This document shows positions 13,631 to 29,044 of a DNA stretch of 64,000 nucleotides, in pieces (positions within the stretch are counted from its first letter, which is position 1; the number at the start of each line of letters is the position of its first letter). Below the pieces are notes generated by a model that saw only the letters and a list, made by a program, of their open reading frames with translations, searched no databases and was not told the DNA's origin. Both the position numbers and the translations under genes were made by a program. The stretch comes from the human T2T-CHM13v2.0 reference genome, Homo sapiens, in the NCBI RefSeq assembly GCF_009914755.1, contig NC_060939.1. One strand, written 5' to 3'.

Positions 13631-14859
13631 GAAAAAAACATTCTTGGGTCTTCATTCAGTACCACCTCCTTGGGCAAATCAACCACCTCAGCTTGGGTTT
13701 CTCATGTGCAAAATGGGGACACTAATCTGTGCTGCTACCTCATTGGTTGCTGGGAGGATCAATAAAACAGTGGCAATAGAAATCATAAAGTCACAAATGT
13801 AAGGAACTGCTGCATTTATACTGCCTCTGCCACTAACAGGCAAGTATAACTCTATAGAGACATCTTCCCCTCTGGGCTACAGCACCCTCACTCAGTTACA
13901 GTTAAAAACTGCAGTTAGAATTCTATGTCTAGCTGATAACCTTTTGCCAGAAAAAACTGCATTTTAACCAGAAGTGGGCTAGAAGGAGCAGTGTTTCTAC
14001 TGTGAGGTTTAAACTCCCAAGCAACTATCACAGGCCCCTGAAAGGACACACATGGATGGTCAGGGTTGCAGTACATGCAGGTGGAGGAGGTCTTGGCACC
14101 CATGGCTAAGGTTGGAGTGTGATATGTACATGCAGTGGATTAGAATGCCATGTTCGGGAGCAATGAGCCAGAGGCATGCCTGGCAGTGAGAGCTGACCAT
14201 AGCACCGAGTCATAGTATCAAGAACACAGATCCAACACATTACAGGGGATACCTCAGTGGGGAATAGGAGTCAGGACTAAAAATGATGGGGGAAAAGAAG
14301 AAGACATAGGGGTCCGCACAGATTTACAATGACGGCTGTGAATGAAAGAGGATGATTAACTTGCTTCTATACTCGCAGTCAAGGGCCAAAACCAAAAACG
14401 CTCCCATCTAGGCCTGTAGCAGGGCGGCTTATAAACTGACTGCTCCCTAACTAGGGCAGAGGCATGTCTGCTAGAACAGCCCTACCCTTGAAAATGGATG
14501 CTCTAATTTTTTCCTGTCCCCAGGGGCCAGCTACAGCCCATGGCTCCATTTCCTCATCTGTATATTACTTACCTATCCCAAAGAATTTGAAATCAGTAAG
14601 CTCACAAAAATCAGGCTGCCTGAGAAAAAGTAGCAAGTATCTGATCCTACCAGGGAACCCATGCACATCCTCCTCCAAGCAGCCCTTGAGGACACACACT
14701 AAAAATGGGCGCTGAACGGGGGAGGACCGCCTGGGGAGTCAAGGTGTCTGATGTGACTTGAGCACAGGTCTTTACTAGGGCTCCTCCCTAGGGCTCCTTG
14801 TAACAATAAAGGGACAAGATGGGCATCAGTAGTAAGGGAGATGCCTTTAAGGTAACTTA

Positions 14860-14961
<102 letters not shown>

Positions 14962-15611
14962 TCATAAAGGCCCTTGTTAATCTGGTGAACCACTGCCTCC
15001 TCACTCAGCTTCCCACTGACAATGCCCCTTTTAATGATTATGAGCCACTGAGTTGAAATGCTCAGGTGCTTCAGGCAGAAAAGCAAGAGTTCTGATTGGG
15101 CCTTTCCTCTTAATGTTCTCAAAACATCCACATAACCCCAGTATCTCCTCCCAGAGCCATTTCTCCTTAGTTCCCTTCCCTGCCCTCAGCATACATTGCT
15201 TTAAATAACTTTTCTACTACAAATATGGCCACACAAGGATATATACATTGCTCCTGATTTGTAAGGTTGAACAAATTAAGGTATTATTTCCCTATCAAAT
15301 CCTTTATTATAGTATAAAGGATAAACTATAGCAATGTGAGGACGTAATAAATTCACTTGATTAGAATTCAAAACAGCACAACAGTACGCATAATAAAGTC
15401 TCCCTCCAACCTACCCCTGTTCTTTAGCTACCCAGTCCTCCTTTCCAGAGGCCACCGGTGTGGACAGTGGGCACAATACTTTCATCCACCTTCAAATTAT
15501 CAACAAAAAGTTGTTTCCAATCACAAAGTTCATCAGAATCCAAAATAACAGAAATGAGACATTCATATAGCAAATATATATTAACACACACATACATAAT
15601 GTGATAGATTA

Positions 15612-16308
<697 letters not shown>

Positions 16309-16492
16309 TTAGCACTTTCAGACTCCGTGTTGTTAAGCTGTCCCTACCAAACACAAGCAAACCTCCTGCTATCTACAGGTCTAACTGGCTACTTGGCAAA
16401 CCACACCAGTGAGACAGCAGCTGCCTGACCAGACCAAGACAGAATCTGTGGCAAGGACTGCAACAGGCTGGAAGGGTAAACTGAAAGAATCA

Positions 16493-16732
<240 letters not shown>

Positions 16733-16864
16733 CTAAAGTTTTACCAAAGGATACATCTTTTTAAATCGGAGTAGCAGTGTCCTGATTCAGAAAATTATGT
16801 TGTAAAGATGCTAATTCTTTATCAAGTTTAAATTTAGTTTAAGGGTTTCTTAAATTTTTAATTA

Positions 16865-17058
16865 AAATAGGACAATATCAAGTGTTAGCAAGGATGTGGA
16901 GAAACCAGAGCCTTCATACACTGGTGGGAATGTAAAACGGCACAGCCACTTTGAAAACCAGTTTGACAGTTTCTTAAGTGAAAACAAACACTTACCATGA
17001 TACTCAGCAATTCTACTCCTAATGAAAACATATGTCCACACAAAGACTGGTACACTCA
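16865..17058 (+). mobile_element. L1M fragment
   Basis: aagtgttagcaaggatgtggagaaac...ctggtgggaatgtaaa...cagcaattctactccta. Confidence 0.75.
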
Positions 17059-17880
17059 TGGTCTTCGCTTCCTCCTACTTCCTTACTTCTCCACGACTGG
17101 GGATTGTCTCTCTTCTCTTTTTCTCTTCCTGTGTGGTGGTTCAGATTCTCCATGCATATTTTCAAGATAGGTAGAAACTAAGTGTCTATTTTCCCTACAT
17201 TCATTAGACCCAAATTCATCCAAGGAGTTTTACCTTCAGATGAATTTAGCTGCTCTTTAGCTGTCAATAGCAATGCTTGCTTTTGTTACTGGACCAAATA
17301 ACTGTTGGCTGTTTAATGGCCTGGTCTAGTTTTATGCAGAGTCCTATCCAAAAAGAAAATAAATCCAACTCTCAGACCCCATTCTTCCTTTTTTTTTTTT
17401 TGAGATTGAGTCTTGCTCTGTCACCTAGGCTGGAGTACGGTGGCATAATCTCGAGTTCAAGCTATTCTCTTGCCTCAGCTTCCTGAGTAGCTGGGACTAC
17501 AGGTGCACACAACCATGTCCAGCTAATTTTTTGTATTTTTTAGTAGAGACAGGGTTTCACCATATTGGTCAGGCTGATCTTGAATTCCTGACCTCAAGTA
17601 ATCCACCCGCCTCAGCCCCACAAAGTGTTGGGATTACAGGTGTGAGCCACCACACCTGGCCTCTTCTTTTTCTTTCATAACAGTAACCTTTAAAACTTTG
17701 CCACACTTGGAGAATATCCAGTAAAAGGTACTGTTTATCAGAGAAAGTGAGCTAGATACATATGCCATCCTTTTACTTGGAACCAATCCAGCACTGATTT
17801 CTTCAGCTGCCTTGTGCCCAGGGCTACAACCAGCATGGAATAACACCAGCATTATGAGCCCAGGGAAAGCTTAGGCGCCC
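17055..17880 (-). pseudogene. ZCRB1: Decayed processed pseudogene of ZCRB1 (U11/U12 31K RRM + zinc-knuckle protein), split by an Alu
   Basis: Minus-strand translation [45 protein letters not shown] [Alu] ...QQLFGPVTKASIAIDS*RAAKFI*R*...ECRENRHL. This parallels recalled ZCRB1 [46 protein letters not shown]...[26 protein letters not shown]...ECGESGHL. It is intronless, has ATG>ATC at 17798, and carries stops and frameshifts. Confidence 0.88.
17389..17661 (-). mobile_element. AluS-like element inserted in the ZCRB1 pseudogene
   Basis: Poly-T then gagattgagtcttgctctgtcacctaggctggag...gtgagccaccacacctggcc. Confidence 0.93.
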
Positions 17881-18822
17881 AAGATGAAAAGGTAGAAACA
17901 GTTCTGTCTCTTCCTCTTTTCTTAAGACCATGCTTATATATTGGAGTCTTAATAGACTTTGCAGGATAGTTTGGGGACCCAAGTCCTCTGTAAGTAATGT
18001 AAGCAGGGTAAGGGTACATGTAAAGACAACCATCAGGGGAGTCAGGGTGCGTCTGGGTAGCTTTTTCCAAATACATATCCCACCCCACGTACTCTGAACA
18101 CTATGATTCAGTGGATCCAAAATATGGACTGGGCAGGCATATTCTTAAAAGAGCTCCAGTGGTAAGAATTACAGACAAGAAATATTGCTTCTGAGGGAAA
18201 ATGCACTCAGTTTCCAGACAACCCAGCCTCTTTAAAAACTCTGGGACCATCATTCTTTCCAATACAGGAACAGCCTAGAGTGGCTACTGAGCATAACTGG
18301 CGGGAGGCGAATCCATCCAGGGCACCAATCAAGGGAACTGTGTTCATGGAACACCTAAGCAGCTCTTCTATCATCAACCCAAAAAGGGGTGTGCCAGAGA
18401 AATGCCAGGCTATCTGCACCCTCTAGCAGTTACCACCCATTCTGGCAGAGCAGGTTCTGCTGGGGAATGTTGTGCAGCCATTTATAAGTAAATGTGAAGT
18501 TCAAAAGAATCCTGAAATGTCCTCTGCTGCTCCACATTAGTCAGCCTATGACATCATTAATTTCTGTCATCTCAGATGATGTTTACTGAGGCTGATGGAC
18601 AAGATTATGCTGTTCTACAGTACTTAAAACAAAAAAAATTGATGTTTCTTAAAAGTTTCATATGTATCACATACCAAGAATCACACCCTTTAATCAAAAT
18701 TAGTAGAGATGACCATGATACAGATCTATAAGGACCCCATGCTTTACATTCTAGGTTTCCGTAAGGCAGTGAATGAATCAGTTCAGAATATGGCAAATAA
18801 AGAACCTCTGGAAAATGCAAAA

Positions 18823-19364
<542 letters not shown>

Positions 19365-19739
19365 TCAACAGGGGACAGAGAAATGGATTTCTTCACAAAG
19401 AACACACTTTACCTGGCATCTGAAATTCTGGGTCCCTGTGACTATGCAATACCAATGGTCTATGAAATACAGAATCAGAGAAGAGTTAATGAGCTACAGA
19501 ACACCAAATGCTGCCAGGTTTTAAATGTAGGACTTTAAGATTTTTTTTTTTTAACTTTAGGGCTTTAATACAGAGTAACAGGAAAACAAGTGGGAAAAAT
19601 AAGCTGCTGTTTTATACCACCATATTGCTATTGCTTTCTTGCCTAGAAAAAAGTATTTCCCGGACTGCAACTGGAGAGTTCAGAAGCAAAACCTCAGCCC
19701 CCAATTTTCCAAGGCTGTATGTTAGGGGAGAGGCACTCA

Positions 19740-19982
<243 letters not shown>

Positions 19983-21519
19983 TTATTGAAATTTTGGGGC
20001 CACATATGAAAATTGGAGGTTCTGAAGAAGCTACTTGCCCTAAATCTCATGTTTACCAGGCGACAAGGTAGTACTTCGGACTCTAAATCCAGTGTCCTTT
20101 CTTTTAGCATGCTATCTGGTATATAGGAGTCTACAATGGCTATCACTTGGCTAAAAACAAGTAAAACCAGTGGGGAAGACCCCCTCCTACCAAGAAAAGG
20201 CCTAAACCCGGTAACAGATACTCCGAAAAGATCTTTCGAAACAAGCAGGCAGTTCAATTCTAAACAGTATAGATCTAAAAGAAAATACCTACTATAGCCT
20301 CCATATATTAAGTTGCCTTTCCCCACAAGTATCTTTATTATGGTTAATGGGCCAATTATTACATTACAACAATCCTATGAAGTGGGTACTATTAATATCC
20401 TCATTTTATAGACAAGGAATGAGAGGTGCTAGGATTCAAATCCAATCTCTATTAATTAAAGTCTACCTTAAGTCTAAGTCTGTAAGCTGCATATTTGGTA
20501 GGCCATGCTGTTGTATGTGCAGACCCAGTGTGGATGTAAAAACGTGACAAGTGCACATGGAGGCTTTACCCCTGCCTGGCAACAATTCTCCAGCGATACC
20601 TTCCCAAAATATGAATATAAAGGCATTAAACTTAAAACAGCTGTGCACCACAGACAGCGTTGTGGCTTCCATTTCAAACCTCACCTAACTCAAGCCTGCT
20701 AACTTGCCACCTGGATGACAATAGCTACATATAAGGTAGTTGACTGGCATGCCCAATTAGCCTACTAGTTACTTACACTAGCTAACCTGAATGATGCTTT
20801 TGGCTTAAACGTCAAACTACCTCCATGTCACCTACTTAGAGAGCAAGAGCTTTTATTAGGCATTCCACAAATTCCTTAGGCCTTCTCAAACTCATCGAGG
20901 CTATAGTGAAGAAATGAGATGGGTGAGTAGCCCATGCACAAACATGGCTCCTTTTTGGGTACAAAGCTCTGTACCACTGGTCAGTTACAATCCCAGCCCA
21001 CTCTGACCTGCCACCTGCTCTCCCATCCCTGCCACTGCCACTGCTGCACAGCTCCCAGCCCTCCCCATGCACTCGGTGGCCTCAAGAGAAACTCATTTCA
21101 CTATTATAGGCTTCACTTTCATTAAGGGCCAAAGCAAGTTCTGAGTTCAGAAAAAGGCTCACGTTCACCTCCCCAGATGAGCCGGCATTAACAGAGTTTT
21201 GAGCCTCAAAGCATTTCCTTCTTCCACCTCAGCAGCTGGGAAGCTCCATCATGTCTTCCTCAGGTGGAAAAATTTTCCTCAGCCTAGAATTCCCCAACCT
21301 ATCATGATGACTGCTTTTTTTTTTTAGCTGGTTGTTCAGGTTTTTGTTGTTGTTGTTGTTGTTGTCTGTTTTTTAAGAGTATTTGTTTTCAGCTGCCAAT
21401 TCTTCTGCAAAGTGAGTATACTTGAAAACTGCATGTCTGGTCAGCATGACAAAAGTCTTAAACCAGGGACAACACAGTTTTTTTCACAGATGAATTGCTT
21501 AAACAGGCAGGCTACTTAC

Positions 21520-21547
21520 CTTGCTCTTGTTTGAAGAGAATACCGTA
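21520..21547 (-). CDS. WDR61: WDR61 exon 3, 28-nt microexon
   Basis: tttttag|TAC GGT ATT CTC TTC AAA CAA GAG CAA G|gtaagt (YGILFKQEQ). Needed to keep the frame between exons 2 and 4. Confidence 0.93.
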
Positions 21548-22249
21548 CTAAAAAAGAACAGAAGCCACATTAAACCCATGGTCAGATTTCAGATGTCTCA
21601 CATTGCCTCCAGAAAGCACTCCTCCCCGAGTAGACAGAGTCACCACAGTGTTAGTTACTTCCTCTGCTGTCAACCTGGCCATCCCGCAAGCTCCTTGATT
21701 CCCATTCATGCAAGATTTGTACAGTCATATCAGAAAAAAATTCTTAAAGAAACTGACATTCTCCCCTCCTTCCTACTACCCAAACTCACTCAACAAGAGA
21801 CCAATAAATTATGTTTTCTTTTTCTGTTCTGATCACCAAGGAAGCTCAAAGTCCAGTTTGTAGCTTAAATTTTGCAGCTGCAATAAGAACACACAGCCTG
21901 CCTAACCGTCTATTAACTTTGTCCCTAATCTTATTACAAAGATATGTTTCTCCTGTTCTATCTCCTATTCTGATCTTTTTTTTTTTTTTTTTTGTACAAC
22001 ATCTTTTAAGCTTCTTCTATTACTCACTAAATTGTGGTAAAGACTTGGATGAACCAATCCTCCTCTCAGTATTTGCATTTCACTAGTCCCACCTAACACT
22101 GTGGTGACTAGGTACCCAGGGTCACCCAGCTCTTTAGGAGCCGGGCAAGAATGAGATGCTAGTTTCTTGACTACACATCCAGAAAACCTACTGGACTTGA
22201 ACTTGGCAAAGAGACCAATTGATGTTTTTCCCTTCAACACAGGTCTTAC

Positions 22250-22261
22250 CTGGTTGGTCAT
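22250..22261 (-). CDS. WDR61: WDR61 exon 2, coding part (start codon; whole exon about 22250-22300)
   Basis: ATG ACC AAC CAG|gtaaga (MTNQ); acceptor tttccacag| at 22301. All coding exons sum to 918 nt = 305 aa + stop. Confidence 0.93.
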
Positions 22262-22767
22262 TTCCTTAACCAAGGATCAAGGACAAAAGGCCAGACAGCT
22301 CTGTGGAAACAACACCAGGATTTCAGTGAGGGGGTGTCATCAGGATAGAAGGCACACAGGAAGTTCCCCTTGACCAAGAAAATAAGGCAACTCTTTATTA
22401 TGAAGTTGTTCTGACACCCTTCTATGGATCAGTCCCTGGAACCTCCTTCGCACTCCCTACCAGGTGGTATGGTCTTCTTTCTTCCTCTGAACCTAGGGAC
22501 TCAACTAACAGCTAATTCTATCCCATGGTTTCTTCACCTCAAGTGTGACTGCAGAGAGCGACCAGTCTCTGTCCTTTCCTGCTCTTTAGAGAGAAAAAAA
22601 CCACAGCTCCTTTTAATATTAAATATTATTTATTAAAAACAAACAAACAAACATGGGGGAATCCAAAGATGGCAAAGTTCTTATTTTACATGCAAAAGTC
22701 TCAACCAAAAATGCCTTTAAGAGCCAACAGGCAGGTAAATAAGGGCAGAAGCTGGAGGGAGACACGT

Positions 22768-23010
22768 GTCAAGAGATTGAGAACATCCTGGCTGACATGG
22801 TGAAACCACGTCTCTAATAAAAATACAAAAATTAGCTGGGTGTAGTGGCGCACACCTGTAATCCCAGCTACTCAGGAGGCTGAGGCAGGAGAATCACTTG
22901 AACCTAGGCAGCGGAGGTTGCAGTGAGCTGAGATTGTGCCACTGAACTCCAGCCTGGGTGACAGAGCGAGACTCCATCTTAAAAAATAAAAATAAAAAAT
23001 AAAAAAAAAA
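22768..23010 (+). mobile_element. 5'-truncated Alu
   Basis: aaaaatacaaaaattagctggg...gacagagcgagactccatc followed by an A-rich tail. Confidence 0.93.
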
Positions 23011-23044
23011 GGATAGATCTAATTTCTCAGGCTACATTAAGGGC

Positions 23045-24370
23045 TAATGGTTCTTATTTCTTTGTGTGTGCCAAAGACCCCCTTTGGCGGACTTTTTTTT
23101 TTCGAGATAGGGTCTTGCTCCATCACCCAGACTGGAGTGCAGTGGCACAATCATGGCTCAATGCAGCTTCAACCTCCCAGGCCAAGTCTTGCTCCCACCT
23201 CAGCCCGAGTGGCTGGGACTACAGGTGCGTGCCAACATGTCTGGATATTTTAATTTTTTGTAGAGATGGGGTCTCCCTATGTTGCCTAGGCTGGTCTTGA
23301 ACTCCTGGGCTCAAGCAATCCTCCTGTCTTGGCCTCCCAAAGTGCTGGGATTACAGGTATGAGCCACCAGACTCAGGCTCAGGATGTCTTTACAGAAAAT
23401 ACACAGGTTTAGAAATGAAACCAATTACAGTAGGTTCTCATTATTCACAACAATTATGTTCTATGAAGTCGCTACAGACACTAAATTATCCAACACAGAA
23501 CCACTGTTCCTTGGGGAAACAGGTTCCTGAAAGCCTCTGGGCACATTCTTGTCAACCAATCAATACATAATCATGTTTTATGTGTGTTTATGTTTAAAGG
23601 CACTTACTGAATATACATTAGTAATTCATTAATACTGAACTCATGCCTAAACAAAGCTTATCTAACACACATATTTTCTCCATAAGACAAATCACAATCT
23701 TCTTGCATTTAGAAGCACCTCAGCACTATGCTTGGGGGCTATCTCAAACAGTGGAATCACCGACAAAAAGCACAAAGATGAGAAAAATGTAGCACCAAAG
23801 ACTGCAAAAATGACATTTGCTTACAATATGAGAGTTGACAAGAAGGCAGTGTCACCTTGTTTGACTTCAGTTGAGAACATGTGCATCAGGCAACTAAAAT
23901 TTTTCACGTGAAAAAATGTCATGTCTTCCAAAGACCACAAAAGCATTGTAAGTATTAATTTGAGGGCTACAGACAAATTTTAGTAAGTAGGTGAATTCAT
24001 AAATACAGAATCCACAAATAATGAGGATAGACTGTATGCTAAAATTTTATCAAAATACAAAAACATATGTGCTTCTTTACTGACACATTATATATGTGAT
24101 CTAGAAGCAAATTTAATAACTACCATAATTTCGAAGTTGCAATGAGCTTACACAATATCATGATATGAAAATATCTATAATTTATATTCATAACAAAGTC
24201 ACACTGCTAATAATGTGATTTGTTGCCTACATTCACAGTGGAAGAAAATGCTAAATTTCAGTTGGAGGTTAGGAAACATAAAGATGCAATTTTTCCTCTC
24301 AGCCAAGTTCACGGCCCTCGCAATTCTACCCATTGGCAGTTTAAGGGACCACACAGTTAAGGCATCCAGG
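23045..24370. mobile_element. Charlie4a-like hAT element interrupted by an antisense Alu (23093-23380) and a MER82-like Tigger element (about 23428-24035)
   Basis: tgtgccaaagacccctttggc ... gaaaccaatta [cagtaggttctcattattcac...aataatgaggatagactg] ... aaagatgcaattttt...aagttcacgg. Confidence 0.55.
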
Positions 24371-24498
24371 TTCAGGTTACTTTCTTTAAATCTGCCAGCC
24401 TAAAAAGCTGCCGAAGGTTTTCCAATAACAGGAAATCAAACAAACAAACAATTTATAACTAATCCTTGCCTATGAAGATCTCAAATTGGTAGTGTTTT

Positions 24499-24610
24499 GT
24501 TTTGGTTTTGTAAAGACAAGTTCTCATTATGTTGCCCAGGCTGGTATCAAACTCCTGGCCTCAAACGATCCTCTTGTCTTGGCCTTCCAAAGTGCTGGGA
24601 TTACAGACAG
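24499..24610 (-). mobile_element. FLAM / Alu monomer
   Basis: Flanking repeats tggtagtgtttt; ccaaagtgctgggattacag. Confidence 0.8.
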
Positions 24611-24984
24611 GTTGGTAGTGTTTTATTCATTTGTGACCCATGAACAGGGTTCTTTCTGCCCAGGGTAGGAAAGACAGGAAAGTGCTCAAGCCAGTTTGGC
24701 TAATGGGAATGGTATTCAACCTCTGCTTCAGCACAGCCTTCTGCCTGCTGAAGCACAGGCTTGTCCTCTTCCCTGTCATTCTGGGCCTCACATTTGGCAA
24801 TGGATAGAAACAAAAAAAGGAGGAAGGCTTGCGGTAAGCCAGCTTCCAAAAACCCGGGCTCCAAAAGACAAGGGTGTGATTCTATCAATGAGTGCACATT
24901 TGAGGATGTACAATGAATCCGGTCCTATTTTAAGTAATACACAAAGATTTAGCTCACTGAAACCTCATAACCCCGCTTACTAGG

Positions 24985-25390
24985 TACAGTAGTTCTTTAG
25001 CTGAGGTTTTGATTTCCACAGTTCCAGAGGTCAACCGTAGTCCAAAAATAGGTGAGTAGAGTGCAGTAAGATATTTTGAGAGAGACCACATTCACATACA
25101 TTTTATTACACTGTTATAATTCTATTTTATTATTATTGTTGTTATTCTCTTATTGTGCCTAATTTACGAATTAAACTAAGTAATCACAGGTATGTATGTG
25201 TAATCTGTATGAGAAAAAACACAGTATAGATGCTCCTCAACTTACAATGGGGTTACTTCCCAATAAACCTATGTAAAGTTGAAAAATTGTAAGTCAAACC
25301 ACGGTAAGTCAGTCAGGGTCCTTCACTATCCAAGATTTCAGACATCCACTGGAACGTACACCCCGCAGATAAGGGGGGAACTACTATTTT
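24985..25390. mobile_element. Tigger2/MER8-like remnant with a nested small Tigger fragment
   Basis: ggtcaaccgtagtccaaaaata...gagagagaccacattcacata...cccgcagataaggggggaactact. Confidence 0.55.
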
Positions 25391-25899
25391 TTTATTATCA
25401 GTTCCACTTTTCTAGTAAGAAAAGGGAGGCTTAGAAGCGGTTAAGGAAGCTTCCCCAAGGGACACTAAAAGGTGGATACAAGCTATAGTATAGGCTACCA
25501 AGATACACTACCTCTTACTTCAGGGTCTTATGAAGGTCAGAGCTAAGAGACTTTAGACCTTAGCCCTCTCTTGCCATCTTCTCTCTTTGGGAAACTTTTC
25601 CCTAAATTTCCTAGGCAGAATTCATCACTGACTCAGTGTTTCCAAGGAACACTACAGATGCCTCTATGAAACTACTCAGGCAAGTCAACAGCCCACAGTA
25701 TTGCACGGTACTTGGCGTAAAGCGAACCCAGCCTCTGTCTGTACCCGTCCAGTGATGTCTGTATCTGTCCAGCACGCTACCTAAGACAGCGTGGCCCACT
25801 ACTGGAAAACTTCGGTTAATACAGCCCTCCCAGCTACGGATAAATGATCTCCTCCGCAGAGAAACCAGCCCTAATCTCGATACTGCCCAGAACATTCTC

Positions 25900-26410
25900 A
25901 GGACGCAAAAGGAGGCCACCCACGGGCCTCCCCCACTCCCCTCAGGCCCCGTACACCGAGGAACAGCCAGGGCAAATGGAGCCATGGAAGCCACCCTCAG
26001 GCCCCAGGGCCTGGAGCATCCCTGAACGGACCTGCTTACAGGCAGCCTCGGGCCCAACCTCGCTCACTCGCCCTCTGGCCTGGACTGTCAACGGCCCTAA
26101 TGACCCCAATCCCCAACGGCCCTGCGCTCCAACTCACCACTGCACTGCCAGGCTGCACGTCGGAAGCCGGGCTCCGCGCGACTGCGACGCGCAAAGATGA
26201 GCTATCGAAGGGGCGGGGCATCGCGCCGGCCCCGCCCTCACGGCTCGGAGCACTCCGCAGCGCCCGTTGCCGTCGCTATGGCGGGCGCGGGGCAGACGCC
26301 GACGAGGGTGGGCGGAGAGAGGAGGGAGGAAGCCAGGTCCTGCTTCCAGAGGAGTGGTAGTTGGAAATTTGCTTCCGGAAGCGCAGACGTTTAGCTTCCG
26401 GCAACTGCAG
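25900..26410. promoter_or_regulatory. CpG-island promoter of WDR61 with GC boxes and ETS/GABP motifs
   Basis: The only dense CpG cluster in the window. GGGGCGGGG 26210-26218, CCCCGCCC 26230-26237, CGGAAG 26161, palindromic GCTTCCGGAAGC 26371-26382, GCTTCCGG 26394. Confidence 0.88.
26138..26190 (-). other. WDR61: WDR61 non-coding exon 1
   Basis: Donor GTG|gtgagt (plus-strand actcac 26132-26137) inside the CpG island. The transcription start is approximate. Confidence 0.7.
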
Positions 26411-26596
26411 GTTTAGAGGTTTGTGTTGCAATTTCATTTTGTACTTTTGAGATTGGACTAAAGCTAATAACTTCTGTTGCTGAAATAAATTCAGTGAAAT
26501 CGAGCTTTGTCTTTCAAACTGCTAGTCATGACCCATTAACGTGACAGATATCAGTTTAATAGGTTGTCAACTGACTTTTTTTTTTTTTTTTTTGAG

Positions 26597-28039
<1,443 letters not shown>

Positions 28040-28936
28040 TAACACAAAAGAGAAGACATCCTGCAGCTCTTCTGCTGCACACATGACTTCCCTGCATGCC
28101 AGCATCCTTAACCCTCAAGTTCACATGTTTCAGAGTGATATGACTAATTTTTCTCAGTCACATTGACTGGAGAGCTATTTCTCTCCTTCCCAGCTCTGTG
28201 ACATCTCTGTCCATAGAAATTTCATCCAGCCCCAGTGGACCCTCTGCATGTCACTGGCTTAAAAAGTTTGGGTCAAAGTGAGCAGACTTCAAGACTGAAT
28301 TGTCAAAATTCTTATGTGGCATCTCTTATAAGTCAAGATATCCTTGTAACCATTCTGGATCTATTGGACCAGGGTCAGGCATGTGCCCCTGAAGCTAAGG
28401 AAGAATGTACAAATTATATCATGAAGCCAGTGAGCTGATTTTCAAACTTAGATTGACTTAAGTGCTGACTGGTGTTCGGGCACATTCCACAGAGCTAAAT
28501 ACACAGAAACTGACCCTGCAATGGCTGGGATGTGGGTTCCTGAAGTGTGGAAAGGAATTAACATTAGTACTACAAAGCAATGGCTTTTAGCAGTTAAATG
28601 AGTGACCTGCTGCCTTCCTGTATAACCAGTTGCCTTAGTTTTGGCCAATCTGCTGCTTTGTTTTTGTTGGTGACATTTACGGGTTTTTGTGGGTTTTGGA
28701 AATAGATTATTATGTAACCTCTCCCACACCGAGATAATTGGGCCATCTTCACTCTAACTTTTAGCTTTTGAATATGAAGAAGTATTTTTGAAAGACTCCT
28801 ACTTTAAGAAGGGTGAAATTTTGGCTGTCAAAAGTGCTCACAACTGTATGACTAAGTGAATTTTAATTTGTGTGATCTGGGGTTATGTAAGGTTTTTTTT
28901 CTTTTCTACACATTAACTTTAAATACCCCACCTTCA

Positions 28937-29044
28937 AATTATTCTAAAAGCACACTGATCACATTTATGCCTTTTAACTTAAAATTTAATTAAAATTTAA
29001 AATTAAAAAAGCATAAATGTGATCAGTGTGCTTTTAGAATAATT
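28937..29044. repeat. 108-bp palindrome with perfect 34-bp arms
   Basis: 28937-28970 is the exact reverse complement of 29011-29044; the AT-rich spacer is itself quasi-palindromic. Confidence 0.97.

Noticed and set aside
28235-28438. 67-aa ORF in apparently unique sequence upstream of WDR61
   Set aside because: GTG start, no recognisable homology and no convincing splice sites.
28937-29044. MADE1/mariner MITE as the explanation of the palindrome
   Set aside because: The arms lack the MADE1 TIR (TTAGGTTGGTGCAAAAGT...) and there are no flanking TA duplications.
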